Program-made: the position numbers and the translations under genes
From: Bacteroidales bacterium
GTDB taxonomy: Bacteria > Bacteroidota > Bacteroidia > Bacteroidales > VadinHA17
DNA length: 64,000 nt
Direction of reading: 5' to 3'
NCBI GenBank assembly: GCA_029210565.1
Contig: JARGFQ010000017.1
Span: 2,798 to 66,797 of the forward strand
Part shown: one piece after another, positions 9,055 through 16,972 of the stretch
How the letters are laid out: each line of letters begins with the position of its first letter
Position numbering within the stretch: the stretch's first letter is position 1
Notes under the pieces: generated by a model
Databases searched by the model: none
What the model was told of the DNA's origin: nothing
What the model saw: only the letters and a program-made list of their open reading frames with translations

Positions 9055-9654
9055 ATGCCGTCCAACCTGAATGCACTGATAAGATACAAGACCATCAACT
9101 CATGCCTCTTTGGAGGAAAACGGAGGTGGTCGATAGACGAGCTGATGGAGAGATGCTCGGAGGCGCTGGCCGAGAACCGCGGAAAGTATACCAGCGTCTC
9201 GGAAAGGACCATCAGGGATGACCTGCGAGTCATGCGAAGCGACATCCTGGGGTTTAATGCCCCGATTAAGCAGGAGGGAGGGCTATACTTCTATTCCGAC
9301 CCGGGGTATTCGATTCTGAGCCTGCGCATCACCGACACCGGGCTGGCGGAGCAGATTTTCTACCTGCTGATGAGGATAAGGAGCAGGGAAAGTCTTCCGG
9401 AGCTGGAAATAATCCTGCAAAGGTTATGCGGGTTGCTGGGCAGGAAGTATGAACCAGTCTATGTGAAGAGCGGCAAGGTGGAATTAAGCGAGATTTCGAC
9501 TCAGGACAGTTTAATGTCCCCGATGGAGGAGGATGCGAAGTATGATTTGAATGTCAGGTCCGCGAAGGTGCATGCATCACGGAACATCATAGCATTCAGG
9601 TCCATGAAGCAGAAGCACGAGTTGCTGTGGGGAGATGTTCTGGGAGCTATTTAG
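9055..9654 (+). CDS. HTH transcriptional regulator (HTH_11/PafC-N-like N-terminus)
   Basis: The N-terminus NLNALIRYKTINSCLFGGKRRWSIDELMERCSE...SERTIRDDLRVMRSD looks like a DeoR/WYL-regulator-type winged HTH. The C-terminal half is unassigned. Confidence 0.55.
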   Translation: MPSNLNALIRYKTINSCLFGGKRRWSIDELMERCSEALAENRGKYTSVSERTIRDDLRVMRSDILGFNAPIKQEGGLYFYSDPGYSILSLRITDTGLAEQIFYLLMRIRSRESLPELEIILQRLCGLLGRKYEPVYVKSGKVELSEISTQDSLMSPMEEDAKYDLNVRSAKVHASRNIIAFRSMKQKHELLWGDVLGAI

Positions 9655-9808
9655 CAGTTAGTTGCTCCGTATCACGGCACGAATGTGCACTGTCACGCCC
9701 ACCGCGATAAAAATTCTAAACTTTTTTAAAGCCATAAAACTCCTTCCCCGGTCCTTCCCCGGTGGGTTGGGTCATTTTTATCGGAGGGAAAACACTCCCC
9801 GGCCAGGG

Positions 9809-10333
9809 TTAATCGATTTTGTCTCTCAACCTTCCGATTTCGATACTGATGAGGGGCATGAAAAGAGTTTTTTTGGAATTGATATTGCCTTGCAAGTCCA
9901 AGCCTATGCTTAAAAAGTGAAGCGGAATGAATTTAAAACCTGTTTTCAATACCAATCCGGCTGTGGCTATACCAGGCTCAGAAGGGTCAGATTCTCCAAC
10001 TTCCCAAAGTGCGGCAATTCCTCCCTGGAGCTCAATCCTGAATAACTTTTCGCCGTAGTATTTGCCTGCCATTAGCCCTACTTGCTGGTAAATATCTTCT
10101 ATAGCCAACGAATAGCCTATTTCCTCCAAATGGAAGAAATCTATCGAAAACAACCATCCGTTGCGCAGGTAATTAGCTTCAACACCCAATACTGCTCCAT
10201 TCTCCTCGTCCGGACACAAAAAAATTCCCCCTTTGGGATTAATTGAAAACCCTGTTGTCTGACTTTGCGAAAACGCGGGTGCGCATGATAATAACAATGC
10301 TATACCCAAGGAGGGAAGTAAATAGCTTTTCAT
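9809..10333 (-). CDS. Small secreted protein, possible outer-membrane beta-barrel
   Basis: Signal peptide MKSYLLPSLGIALLLSCAPAFSQ followed by alternating hydrophobic beta-strand-like pattern. Confidence 0.45.
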   Translation of the reverse strand: MKSYLLPSLGIALLLSCAPAFSQSQTTGFSINPKGGIFLCPDEENGAVLGVEANYLRNGWLFSIDFFHLEEIGYSLAIEDIYQQVGLMAGKYYGEKLFRIELQGGIAALWEVGESDPSEPGIATAGLVLKTGFKFIPLHFLSIGLDLQGNINSKKTLFMPLISIEIGRLRDKID

Positions 10334-10463
10334 CTTTTTGAATTTGTATTGGGGTTTGATTGTATCTTCTTCAATTGCTCAGACGGGTTAGTCATTCCGG
10401 AGAGGAAGGTAAGCAAAAATGTAGTCAATTAAATGTCCGGCAAATTATTGCAGGATCGGGATG

Positions 10464-11483
10464 CTATATTCCGAAAATCACCCTGTGCCGGTCCGTGCAG
10501 AACAGTCTGGCACGGTCAAGGGTTGTCTCTGTAAAACGTATTTCATCTCCTGGCCGCATCTGGGCGAGGAGGGTGAAGTCAGCAGTGATGACATTGGCTA
10601 TGCGTGCATAGCCGCCGGAGGTCTGGCGGTCGGCCATCAGGATGATGGGCTGGCCATCGCCGGGGACCTGAACGGTGCCCAATGAAATACCTGCCGAGAT
10701 TATGTTGGTCATTCCTTCCTTATGTTTAATCGGCTCGCCTGAGAGCCGGTAACCCATGCGGTCGCTCTTGGTGGTCACCGTGTACTCTGTTGAAAGGAAA
10801 CTGCGTAATCCGGCTAGCTCAAAATAATGGACCTCGGGACCGGAAATGACCCTGATGGTCTGCTCATGCTTGTATTCTGGTATCAATCCTTCGGGGATCT
10901 TTGTGCGCCGTGGTTTCCTCTTGGCTTTGCCCAGAGTCAACCCGTCGCTCGGGAGGAGATCAGTGGCCTCACCCGGCGGTAGTTCATTGCCCGGGAGAAG
11001 GGCATTATATGTACCTAATGGCAGTTCGTCTCCCTGTATGAGCCCACGGCCCTGAAATCCTCCTATCCCTGCTCTTAGGTATGTCGACTGGCTGTCCATC
11101 ACGGATGGAACGGCTATCCCTCCGGCAAAGGCTATATAAGTTCTGCAGCCGCTCCTCAAACCCCTGAACCCGAGCCTGTCACCTGGTCTGACATCAACAG
11201 CAGTATTCATCGGGATGCCCTGGCCGTTGAGGTGGGGGTCCCAAACGGCTCCGGTAATTGCTATCCAGGTTGAACCTGTGAACTCAAGCTCCGGGCCGGA
11301 GATTGTCGCCTCGAGGCAGGCATCGCCGGGATCGTTACCCACAAGCAGGTTGGCCAGCTCGAGGGAGAAAACATCCATCGCACCGGAAACGGGCATACCA
11401 TACCGCTGGTAACCAAACCTCCCCCTGTCCTGAACCATGGTCAGCAATCCTGCCTTATGTACGATTACCGTCGCCATTGTCAA
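10464..11483 (-). CDS. pxpC: 5-oxoprolinase subunit C (KipA / allophanate hydrolase subunit 2 family)
   Basis: 339 aa with PGLLTMVQDRGRFGYQRYGMPVSGAMD and the C-terminal GGYARIANVITADF...RPGDEIRF typical of the family. Lies in operon order after pxpA and pxpB. Confidence 0.85.
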   Translation of the reverse strand: MTMATVIVHKAGLLTMVQDRGRFGYQRYGMPVSGAMDVFSLELANLLVGNDPGDACLEATISGPELEFTGSTWIAITGAVWDPHLNGQGIPMNTAVDVRPGDRLGFRGLRSGCRTYIAFAGGIAVPSVMDSQSTYLRAGIGGFQGRGLIQGDELPLGTYNALLPGNELPPGEATDLLPSDGLTLGKAKRKPRRTKIPEGLIPEYKHEQTIRVISGPEVHYFELAGLRSFLSTEYTVTTKSDRMGYRLSGEPIKHKEGMTNIISAGISLGTVQVPGDGQPIILMADRQTSGGYARIANVITADFTLLAQMRPGDEIRFTETTLDRARLFCTDRHRVIFGI

Positions 11484-12210
11484 TCTTTTGGGTTCGTCTG
11501 ACCTGGTACGTGCCGTCAGCCACCCCGGCAGCTATCTGCTCAAACTCATCCTTATCGATAGGATAAAACCTGATGTAATCGCCGGCATTGAAGAGAAACT
11601 CGGGCTTGCTGTCGGGATTGAAAAGTCGCAGCGGAGTTAGGCCTATCAGCTGCCATCCGCCGGGACTCTCCATGGGGTAGATCCCTGTCTGCTCGCCGGC
11701 GATGCCTACCGAGCCGGCAGGGATCTTCAGTCGTGGTGTCTCCTGTCGTGGAGTGGCAATGCGTTTGTCCATTCCCCCGAGATAACAGAAGCCGGGAGTG
11801 AAACCAAGCATGTAAACGAGGCAGTCCGCGGAGCTGTGTATCCTGATAACATCCTCCTCTGCAAGGCCGTTATACTCTGCAACATAATGGAGGTCGGGAC
11901 CCTCCTCGCCGCCGTAGAGCACAGGCACATGAACTACCCCCGCATCGGGCAGAGTCATGGCACCGAGATCGGCAGCACACTTTTTAAAGATTCCGAGCAG
12001 CTGCCTGTAATCGACCGTCACCGGGTCATAACAGACCATCAACTCATTGTACGATGGGATGAAGTCGGTGACACCCGGGATGTTCTCCTCCTCAAACCTC
12101 GCCAGCAGCTTCCTGACGACCAGGTTCACCTCCTCCGAGATCACATCGCCGGCCTTGATTATGAATGCCGAGTCGCCCGAGGGAATATATTTAAGGGTCA
12201 CCTCCTTCAT
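11455..12210 (-). CDS. pxpB: 5-oxoprolinase subunit B (KipI / allophanate hydrolase subunit 1 family)
   Basis: 251 aa with GDSAFIIKAGD...VTDFIPSYNELMVCYDP...GFTPGFCYLGG...PAGSVGIAGEQTGIYP. Confidence 0.85.
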   Translation of the reverse strand: MKEVTLKYIPSGDSAFIIKAGDVISEEVNLVVRKLLARFEEENIPGVTDFIPSYNELMVCYDPVTVDYRQLLGIFKKCAADLGAMTLPDAGVVHVPVLYGGEEGPDLHYVAEYNGLAEEDVIRIHSSADCLVYMLGFTPGFCYLGGMDKRIATPRQETPRLKIPAGSVGIAGEQTGIYPMESPGGWQLIGLTPLRLFNPDSKPEFLFNAGDYIRFYPIDKDEFEQIAAGVADGTYQVRRTQKIDNGDGNRT

Positions 12211-12302
12211 TTTAATGTCACCGGTTTATTGGCATTGTCACCTCGCCCATTTAAACATCTCCGGATTAATCTCAATGTCACCCCCTCCATAACATAATCC
12301 TG

Positions 12303-13064
12303 TCAATCCTTCAGCGGTGGTCTTATCGAGATCCCTTCTGCCTTCAGCGCCTTAGCCAGCTTCCTGACAAACTCCACGGCAGTCTCGTTGTCGCCGTGGA
12401 TGCAGACGGTCTCTGCCTCAATCGGTATAAGCTTCCCGGTGACGCTCTCCACCACCTTCTCGCGTATCATCCTGAGGACCCTGCGGATCATCACCTTCGT
12501 GTTGTGCAGCACGGCGCCCTCAACGGATCGTGCGACGAGCGTGCCGTCGTCGTTGTATGCCCTGTCGGCAAACACCTCCGACGCGCAGGCGAGGCCAGCG
12601 TTCCTGGCAGCCCTGATCAGCTGCGAGCCCGACAGTCCCACCAGCACCAGCGAGCTGTCGAGGTCCTTCACCGCCCGGACGATGTTCATCGACATGTCAT
12701 AGTCGGTTGCGGCGGTGTTGTAGAGTGCGCCGTGGGGCTTGACGTGCCGCATGCGTGCTCCTGCCGCTTCGGCCATCGCCTTGACAGCCCCCGCCTGGTA
12801 GAGTATCATCGCCCGCAGCTCCCTGGGACTCATCGTCATGGGCTTACGGCCGAAATTCTCACGGTCGGGGTACCCCGGGTGCGCCCCGATGCTCACACCG
12901 TTCCTTATGGCTGAGCGCAGGGTCTGCTCTATCGTCAGCGGATCGCCTGCATGAAACCCGCAGGCAATGTTGACGGAGGAGATGAAGGGCATGATTGCCT
13001 CATCGTTGCCGGGCCCGTCTGTCGGGCTCGTCTCGCCGAGATCACAGTTAATGTCGATATACAT
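12303..13064 (-). CDS. pxpA: 5-oxoprolinase subunit A (LamB/YcsF family)
   Basis: MYIDINCDLGE...NIACGFHAGDP...IGAHPGYPDRENFGR...VKPHGALYN is a classic LamB/YcsF signature. Start taken at M23 of the listed ORF. Confidence 0.9.
   Translation of the reverse strand: MYIDINCDLGETSPTDGPGNDEAIMPFISSVNIACGFHAGDPLTIEQTLRSAIRNGVSIGAHPGYPDRENFGRKPMTMSPRELRAMILYQAGAVKAMAEAAGARMRHVKPHGALYNTAATDYDMSMNIVRAVKDLDSSLVLVGLSGSQLIRAARNAGLACASEVFADRAYNDDGTLVARSVEGAVLHNTKVMIRRVLRMIREKVVESVTGKLIPIEAETVCIHGDNETAVEFVRKLAKALKAEGISIRPPLKD
12771..13064. repeat. Direct repeat copy 1 (5' third of pxpA)
   Basis: About 294 nt aligns without gaps and with only scattered mismatches to 14982-15275 in the same orientation. Similarity ends at the ATG. 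Confidence 0.9.
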
Positions 13065-13426
13065 TGTCACTTTCCGGGTATTAGCGTACCTGTTCACGAT
13101 ACAGAAAGTAAATGTAGGAAAAAGGCTCAAATACGGAGAGATCAGAGATCAGTTCTTCCTCCCGTGGCTTAAGGTTTGGTGACCAAGTCTAACAATTAAG
13201 TGCCATTTTTCCGGCCTGCTGCACTTTGAACCAGAGGCGGGCTATAATAATCGGCCCTGGCGTTTGTCAACGGGGCTCCGAAACGCTCCATTGGAGATTG
13301 TTGGAAAAAGTTGAACTCTCCAACTGTTTGGCAAACAATATTTAAGAATCCCTAAAACCTGTATCAGGTAATTTCCCCGACAATTAATGATATTTGCAAA
13401 TTCTTCCATGTTTGAGGGAGTCCGCA

Positions 13427-14005
13427 TTAGAACCGGGGGAGTCCGTAGTTTCGCTTTGCCAATTGTTTATTAACCATGGAAATGTCAAAATCCCTATGGT
13501 CGAAATTCCCTCCAAGCCAGGTAATGAAGCTTTCGTATTCTCTATTATTGGGATTTCGCAGGACCTTTAACATTCTCATGTAACCTCCCATTCCTCCTAC
13601 ATTTTCGGGTGGACATTTCATGGCGCCATCAGTGCAGACCGGGTATTTAACATCTGTATCCGGTTTAAGAAACTTCTCCAACAGTATTTCATGCATCCAG
13701 CCATCCCCAAAATCATATTCATAGATGATTGTATTTTTAACGAAACGCAATAACTTATTTAGTTTAAGCCCTTTATAGTCCACATTATTCATCTCCTCCC
13801 ATAAATCATCATCAGGCATTTTTTCAGTATAGAAGACTTCGTCCTTTATGAATTGATGCAAATGCGAATTTGTCCAACCCATAGTGGTCTGTATGATTTT
13901 GTGAAGATCTGAGAGAAGTATGTCCTCCTCTACTAAAATCCTGCGCCAGATTCTGGGCCTTGATTCAATTAAAGTGATTCTGAGCTGATAAATCCAATTA
14001 CCCAT
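13427..14005 (-). CDS. pRiA4b ORF-3-like (MM3350-like / IS1096 passenger TnpR family) protein
   Basis: IYQLRITLIESRPRIWRRILVEEDILLSDLHKIIQTTMGWTNSHLHQF is the hallmark N-terminus of this family. Confidence 0.8.
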   Translation of the reverse strand: MGNWIYQLRITLIESRPRIWRRILVEEDILLSDLHKIIQTTMGWTNSHLHQFIKDEVFYTEKMPDDDLWEEMNNVDYKGLKLNKLLRFVKNTIIYEYDFGDGWMHEILLEKFLKPDTDVKYPVCTDGAMKCPPENVGGMGGYMRMLKVLRNPNNREYESFITWLGGNFDHRDFDISMVNKQLAKRNYGLPRF

Positions 14006-14106
14006 TTTTAACGGTAGTGTCTGATTAAAATAATAAAAGAAGGGGTACTCCCCGAAGGTTCCCCCCCCGATGCTGTAATTTGGTTTTTGCGAAAATCAAC
14101 TACAAC

Positions 14107-14280
14107 ATGGGTAAAATTACACAAATAAATTTTGTCGGACAACCGATTTTCAATCAGATAATGAATTTGGCAGAAAAAGTGGATATAAATGGTCTGATAA
14201 GCATGCTTGCTGTAAATGAGCTATTACGGAGTAAAAAACGGCTTGTAAGGAGCAGCTCAATACCCCCTGGTTTGCAATAA
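14107..14280 (+). pseudogene. Possible N-terminal fragment of a DUF4372/IS4-type transposase
   Basis: MGKITQINFVGQPIFNQIMNLAEKVDINGLIS resembles the (F)xGQPxxxQLLxxIP opening of DUF4372 transposases. The frame ends after 57 aa with no DDE domain. Confidence 0.3.
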
Positions 14281-14433
14281 TCCTTTAACGTGCAGGGGGT
14301 CAGTTTTTAAAATCAAAATATGGTAATTGATAATCAAATATCCCGGTATCCCGATCATAATCCCTTTGGTTGTTTTGGTAAACAATTAAGGATATAATCA
14401 GTGAGATAGTTTTAGAAAACGAAAATAATCATA

Positions 14434-14541
14434 ATGAAATTTTTCAGGGTCCCACTGAAAGCATCCTTGCCTGCCTACGGTTACCAGTCAGATAACCGGT
14501 GGAAAGTAATTGTAAATTCAGAAATTGTTCTGGAAGAATGA
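14434..14541 (+). pseudogene. AbiEi-like antitoxin C-terminal remnant
   Basis: 35-codon frame ending ...SDNRWKVIVNSEIVLEE. Its TGA overlaps the AbiEii ATG (ATGA at 14538-14541), the usual AbiEi/AbiEii junction. Confidence 0.35.
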
Positions 14542-14795
14542 TACCACAACAATTTATCACAGAATGGGCTGAAACCGTCCGATGGAAGGCCAATGAACAG
14601 GTGGAACAGGACCTGTTAATCTGCCGGTCATTAGTTGAATTGTTTTCAGATGGTGTTATTTCGGGAAAACTTGCATTCAGAGGGGGGACAGCCTTACATA
14701 AACTTTTCCTTCCACAATACAGATATTCTGAGGATATAAATCTTGTACAGATATCAGCTGAACCATTTGGTCCCTCAATGGACAGGATGAAATGA
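14538..14795 (+). pseudogene. AbiEii/AbiGii-family nucleotidyltransferase toxin, N-terminal fragment only
   Basis: MIPQQFITEWAE...QVEQDLLICRSLVELFSD...LAFRGGTALHKLFL matches the family N-terminus. The frame terminates after about 85 aa, whereas my recollection is that the family is roughly 250-300 aa. Confidence 0.7.
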
Positions 14796-14867
14796 GTCAA
14801 AATCTACTGTTTTTCTTAATGCTCCGGCATAAGTCTGTGACAAAAAAGCCGGAATATCAATCTGACT

Positions 14868-15275
14868 TCACCGCCCTGTCATAATGAGTAATGAGATGCT
14901 GTGCCACTTCCACTGACGTTTCCCTGAAAAGGATTTTATCTCCCGGCCGTATCTGGGCGAGACCCGCGTCCTTGCCGTCTCGGCCATCGCCTTGACAGCC
15001 CCCGCCTGGTAGAGTAACATCGCCCTCATCTCCCTGGGGCTCATCGTCATGGGCTTCCGGCCGAAATTCTCACGGTCGGGGTACCCCGGGTGCGCCCCGA
15101 TGCTCACGCCGTTCCTTATGGCTGAGCGCAGGGTCTGCTCTATCGTCAGCGGATCGCCCGCATGAAACCCGCAGGCAATATTGACGGAGGAGATGAAGGG
15201 CATGATTGCCTTATCGTTGCCGGGCCCGTCTGCCAGGCTCATTTCGCTGAGATCACAGTTTATGTCGATATTCAT
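14868..15275 (-). pseudogene. pxpA'-'pxpC deletion-fusion remnant
   Basis: The first ~98 codons are near-identical to pxpA (MNIDINCDLSE...AGAVKAMAE). Downstream, another frame reads LAQIRPGDKILFRETSVEVAQHLITHYDRAVKSD. That parallels the C-terminus of pxpC (LAQMRPGDEIRFTETTL...). The rest of pxpA, all of pxpB and most of pxpC are missing. Confidence 0.8.
14982..15275. repeat. Direct repeat copy 2 (5' third of pxpA)
   Basis: Partner of 12771-13064. Here it keeps the native 12-nt spacing to the upstream NRAMP gene. Confidence 0.9.
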
Positions 15276-15287
15276 TTTCTTTCAATT

Positions 15288-16667
15288 TCAGATTATACCA
15301 ATTACATGCAGTATGCTCCTGATGCCCAGTCCCGTTGCAATGAGAACCACAATACCCCCGAGGATGTTCGGGAGGAGCCCGTTGACGTTGTCGCCCATTA
15401 TCTTGGTGCTGTTCATCACCACGAGGAGGTAGACCGCTATCACCGGCAGCAGTATCCCGTTGGCGACCTGCGCGAAGAGGATCGCCTCGACAGGTTTGAA
15501 TCCCAGCATCGCGAAGAGCACTCCGGCCAGCAGGATGAACATCCATATCATCCGGAACCGCGCAGAGCGAAGGTCGCGCTTCCAGCCCATGATGCCGGCT
15601 GTGGCGTATGCGGCGGCCATCGGCGCGGTGATGGAGGAGGATATGCCTGCGGCGAAGAGGCCGATGCTGATGATGTACTTAGCCCATCGCCCTGCGAGAG
15701 GCTCAAGCTGACGTGCCATGTCGGTGCCCGAGGTGATGTCAGTGCCGGTGCATGCGAAGGCGGCGGAGGCTGTCACGATCACTGCCATGGATATCACCCC
15801 GCCGAGGATCATTGACACCGAGATATCCCACCTCGCTGCCGGGAGGTCGGAGGGACTGTGCCACCGTTCCTGTACCGCCGAGGCATGGAGGAAGAGGTTA
15901 TAGGGCACCACGGTGGTGCCGATGAGTCCCACGAGTGTCAGCACTGCGCCGGCGGGTATTGTAGGGACGAACATGCCCCTGAGCAGCGACGGCAGCTCGG
16001 GTGAGACGATTATTGCCGTGGTGAGGAAGGTGAGGCTCATGAGTATCACCAGGGCTATGAGGACTCTCTCGATGAGCTTATAGCTGCCGGCGAGGAGCAG
16101 GAGGAAGGCTGTGGCGGCGACCAGGGCCACCCAGAAGCGTATTGTCAGCGTTTGGGAGGCGAAGATTGTGGCCGGGTCTGAGGGTGCCAGGGAACCGGTG
16201 GCTGCCCCGGCAGGTGAAAGTGTTCCGGCTGCTGCCCCTGCGGATGAAAGTGTCCCCGCTGCTACCCCTACAGTAGAGAGTGTTGCGGCGCTGGCCCGAG
16301 TTTCCGCGCTGAAGAGAGCCTCGAGGCCCATTGAGGCGCCCAGGAGGTTGCCTGTCTGGAAGGCGGCGTTGCCGATTGTTATGGCGGAGACGACGAGGAT
16401 GGCGGTGATGAGGCGTGCGACGGGTTTGTCAAAATGTGCGCGAAGAGCCTCGCCGAGACCATTTTTTGATATGATGCCCAGTCGCGCAGCCATCTCCTGG
16501 AGGATGATTGTTGCCAGCACCGAGAAGACCATTCCCCAGAGGAGGACGTAGCCGAATCTTGCACCTGCCAGGGTGCAGGTGGTGATGGTACCCGGGCCGA
16601 TGAATGCGGCGGTGACCAGAGCTCCGGGGCCGATCCTGATTGCGGGGCGGTTGCTGGGTGGGGGCAT
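15288..16667 (-). CDS. NRAMP-superfamily membrane transporter, YcsG-like branch
   Basis: 459 aa and multi-pass, with AAFIGPGTITTCTLAGARFGYVLLW in place of the MntH DPGN motif. An NRAMP-like gene (ycsG) sits next to pxp genes in Bacillus subtilis. Confidence 0.8.
   Translation of the reverse strand: MPPPSNRPAIRIGPGALVTAAFIGPGTITTCTLAGARFGYVLLWGMVFSVLATIILQEMAARLGIISKNGLGEALRAHFDKPVARLITAILVVSAITIGNAAFQTGNLLGASMGLEALFSAETRASAATLSTVGVAAGTLSSAGAAAGTLSPAGAATGSLAPSDPATIFASQTLTIRFWVALVAATAFLLLLAGSYKLIERVLIALVILMSLTFLTTAIIVSPELPSLLRGMFVPTIPAGAVLTLVGLIGTTVVPYNLFLHASAVQERWHSPSDLPAARWDISVSMILGGVISMAVIVTASAAFACTGTDITSGTDMARQLEPLAGRWAKYIISIGLFAAGISSSITAPMAAAYATAGIMGWKRDLRSARFRMIWMFILLAGVLFAMLGFKPVEAILFAQVANGILLPVIAVYLLVVMNSTKIMGDNVNGLLPNILGGIVVLIATGLGIRSILHVIGII
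16181..16300. repeat. Four imperfect 30-nt tandem repeats inside the NRAMP gene
   Basis: Units start at 16181, 16211, 16241 and 16271. They encode SAATLSTVGV/AAGTLSSAGA/AAGTLSPAGA/ATGSLAPSDP, an Ala/Gly/Ser/Thr-rich loop insert. Confidence 0.8.
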
Positions 16668-16733
16668 CTTGGGGCAGGTTGGTCTATGGTGAGTAAATTT
16701 ATGAAAAAAGGCAATAGGGGGACAAGCGTTAAG

Positions 16734-16754
16734 AAATGACCCGGTGGGTCATTT
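16734..16754. promoter_or_regulatory. Perfect palindrome AAATGACCC-ggt-GGGTCATTT upstream of the NRAMP gene
   Basis: 9-bp arms with a 3-nt centre, located 67 nt upstream of the NRAMP start in a divergent intergenic region. A related half-site, CCGGTGGGTTGGGTCATTTTT, lies at 9759-9779. Confidence 0.3.
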
Positions 16755-16942
16755 TAGCGAAGTAGCCGGTTTGCAGGGGAGGGCAATAGACAATAATGAG
16801 GAAAGTATTCAGCCGGCAGGGGGTAATTATGGAGCAGGAGTAGGCTTCAAATTGTGGAAAAACCCATTGCGAAAACCAGGAATGCCCTGAATCTAATACA
16901 ATAAATGGTAAAAAAAACTCATGATATGTTACAATAAAACAA

Positions 16943-16950
16943 TATATTTG
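16943..16950 (+). promoter_or_regulatory. Bacteroidota-type -7 box TATATTTG
   Basis: Matches TAnnTTTG and lies 23 nt upstream of the ATPase ATG. Confidence 0.35.
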
Positions 16951-16972
16951 CCCTGTAAATGTTGCAGAAGAT

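Noticed and set aside
15162-15815. 217-aa plus-strand ORF over the NRAMP/pxpA' junction, and the 254-aa ORF at 35290-36054 over the porin gene
   Set aside because: Both are shadows of better-supported minus-strand genes, with no start context or motifs.
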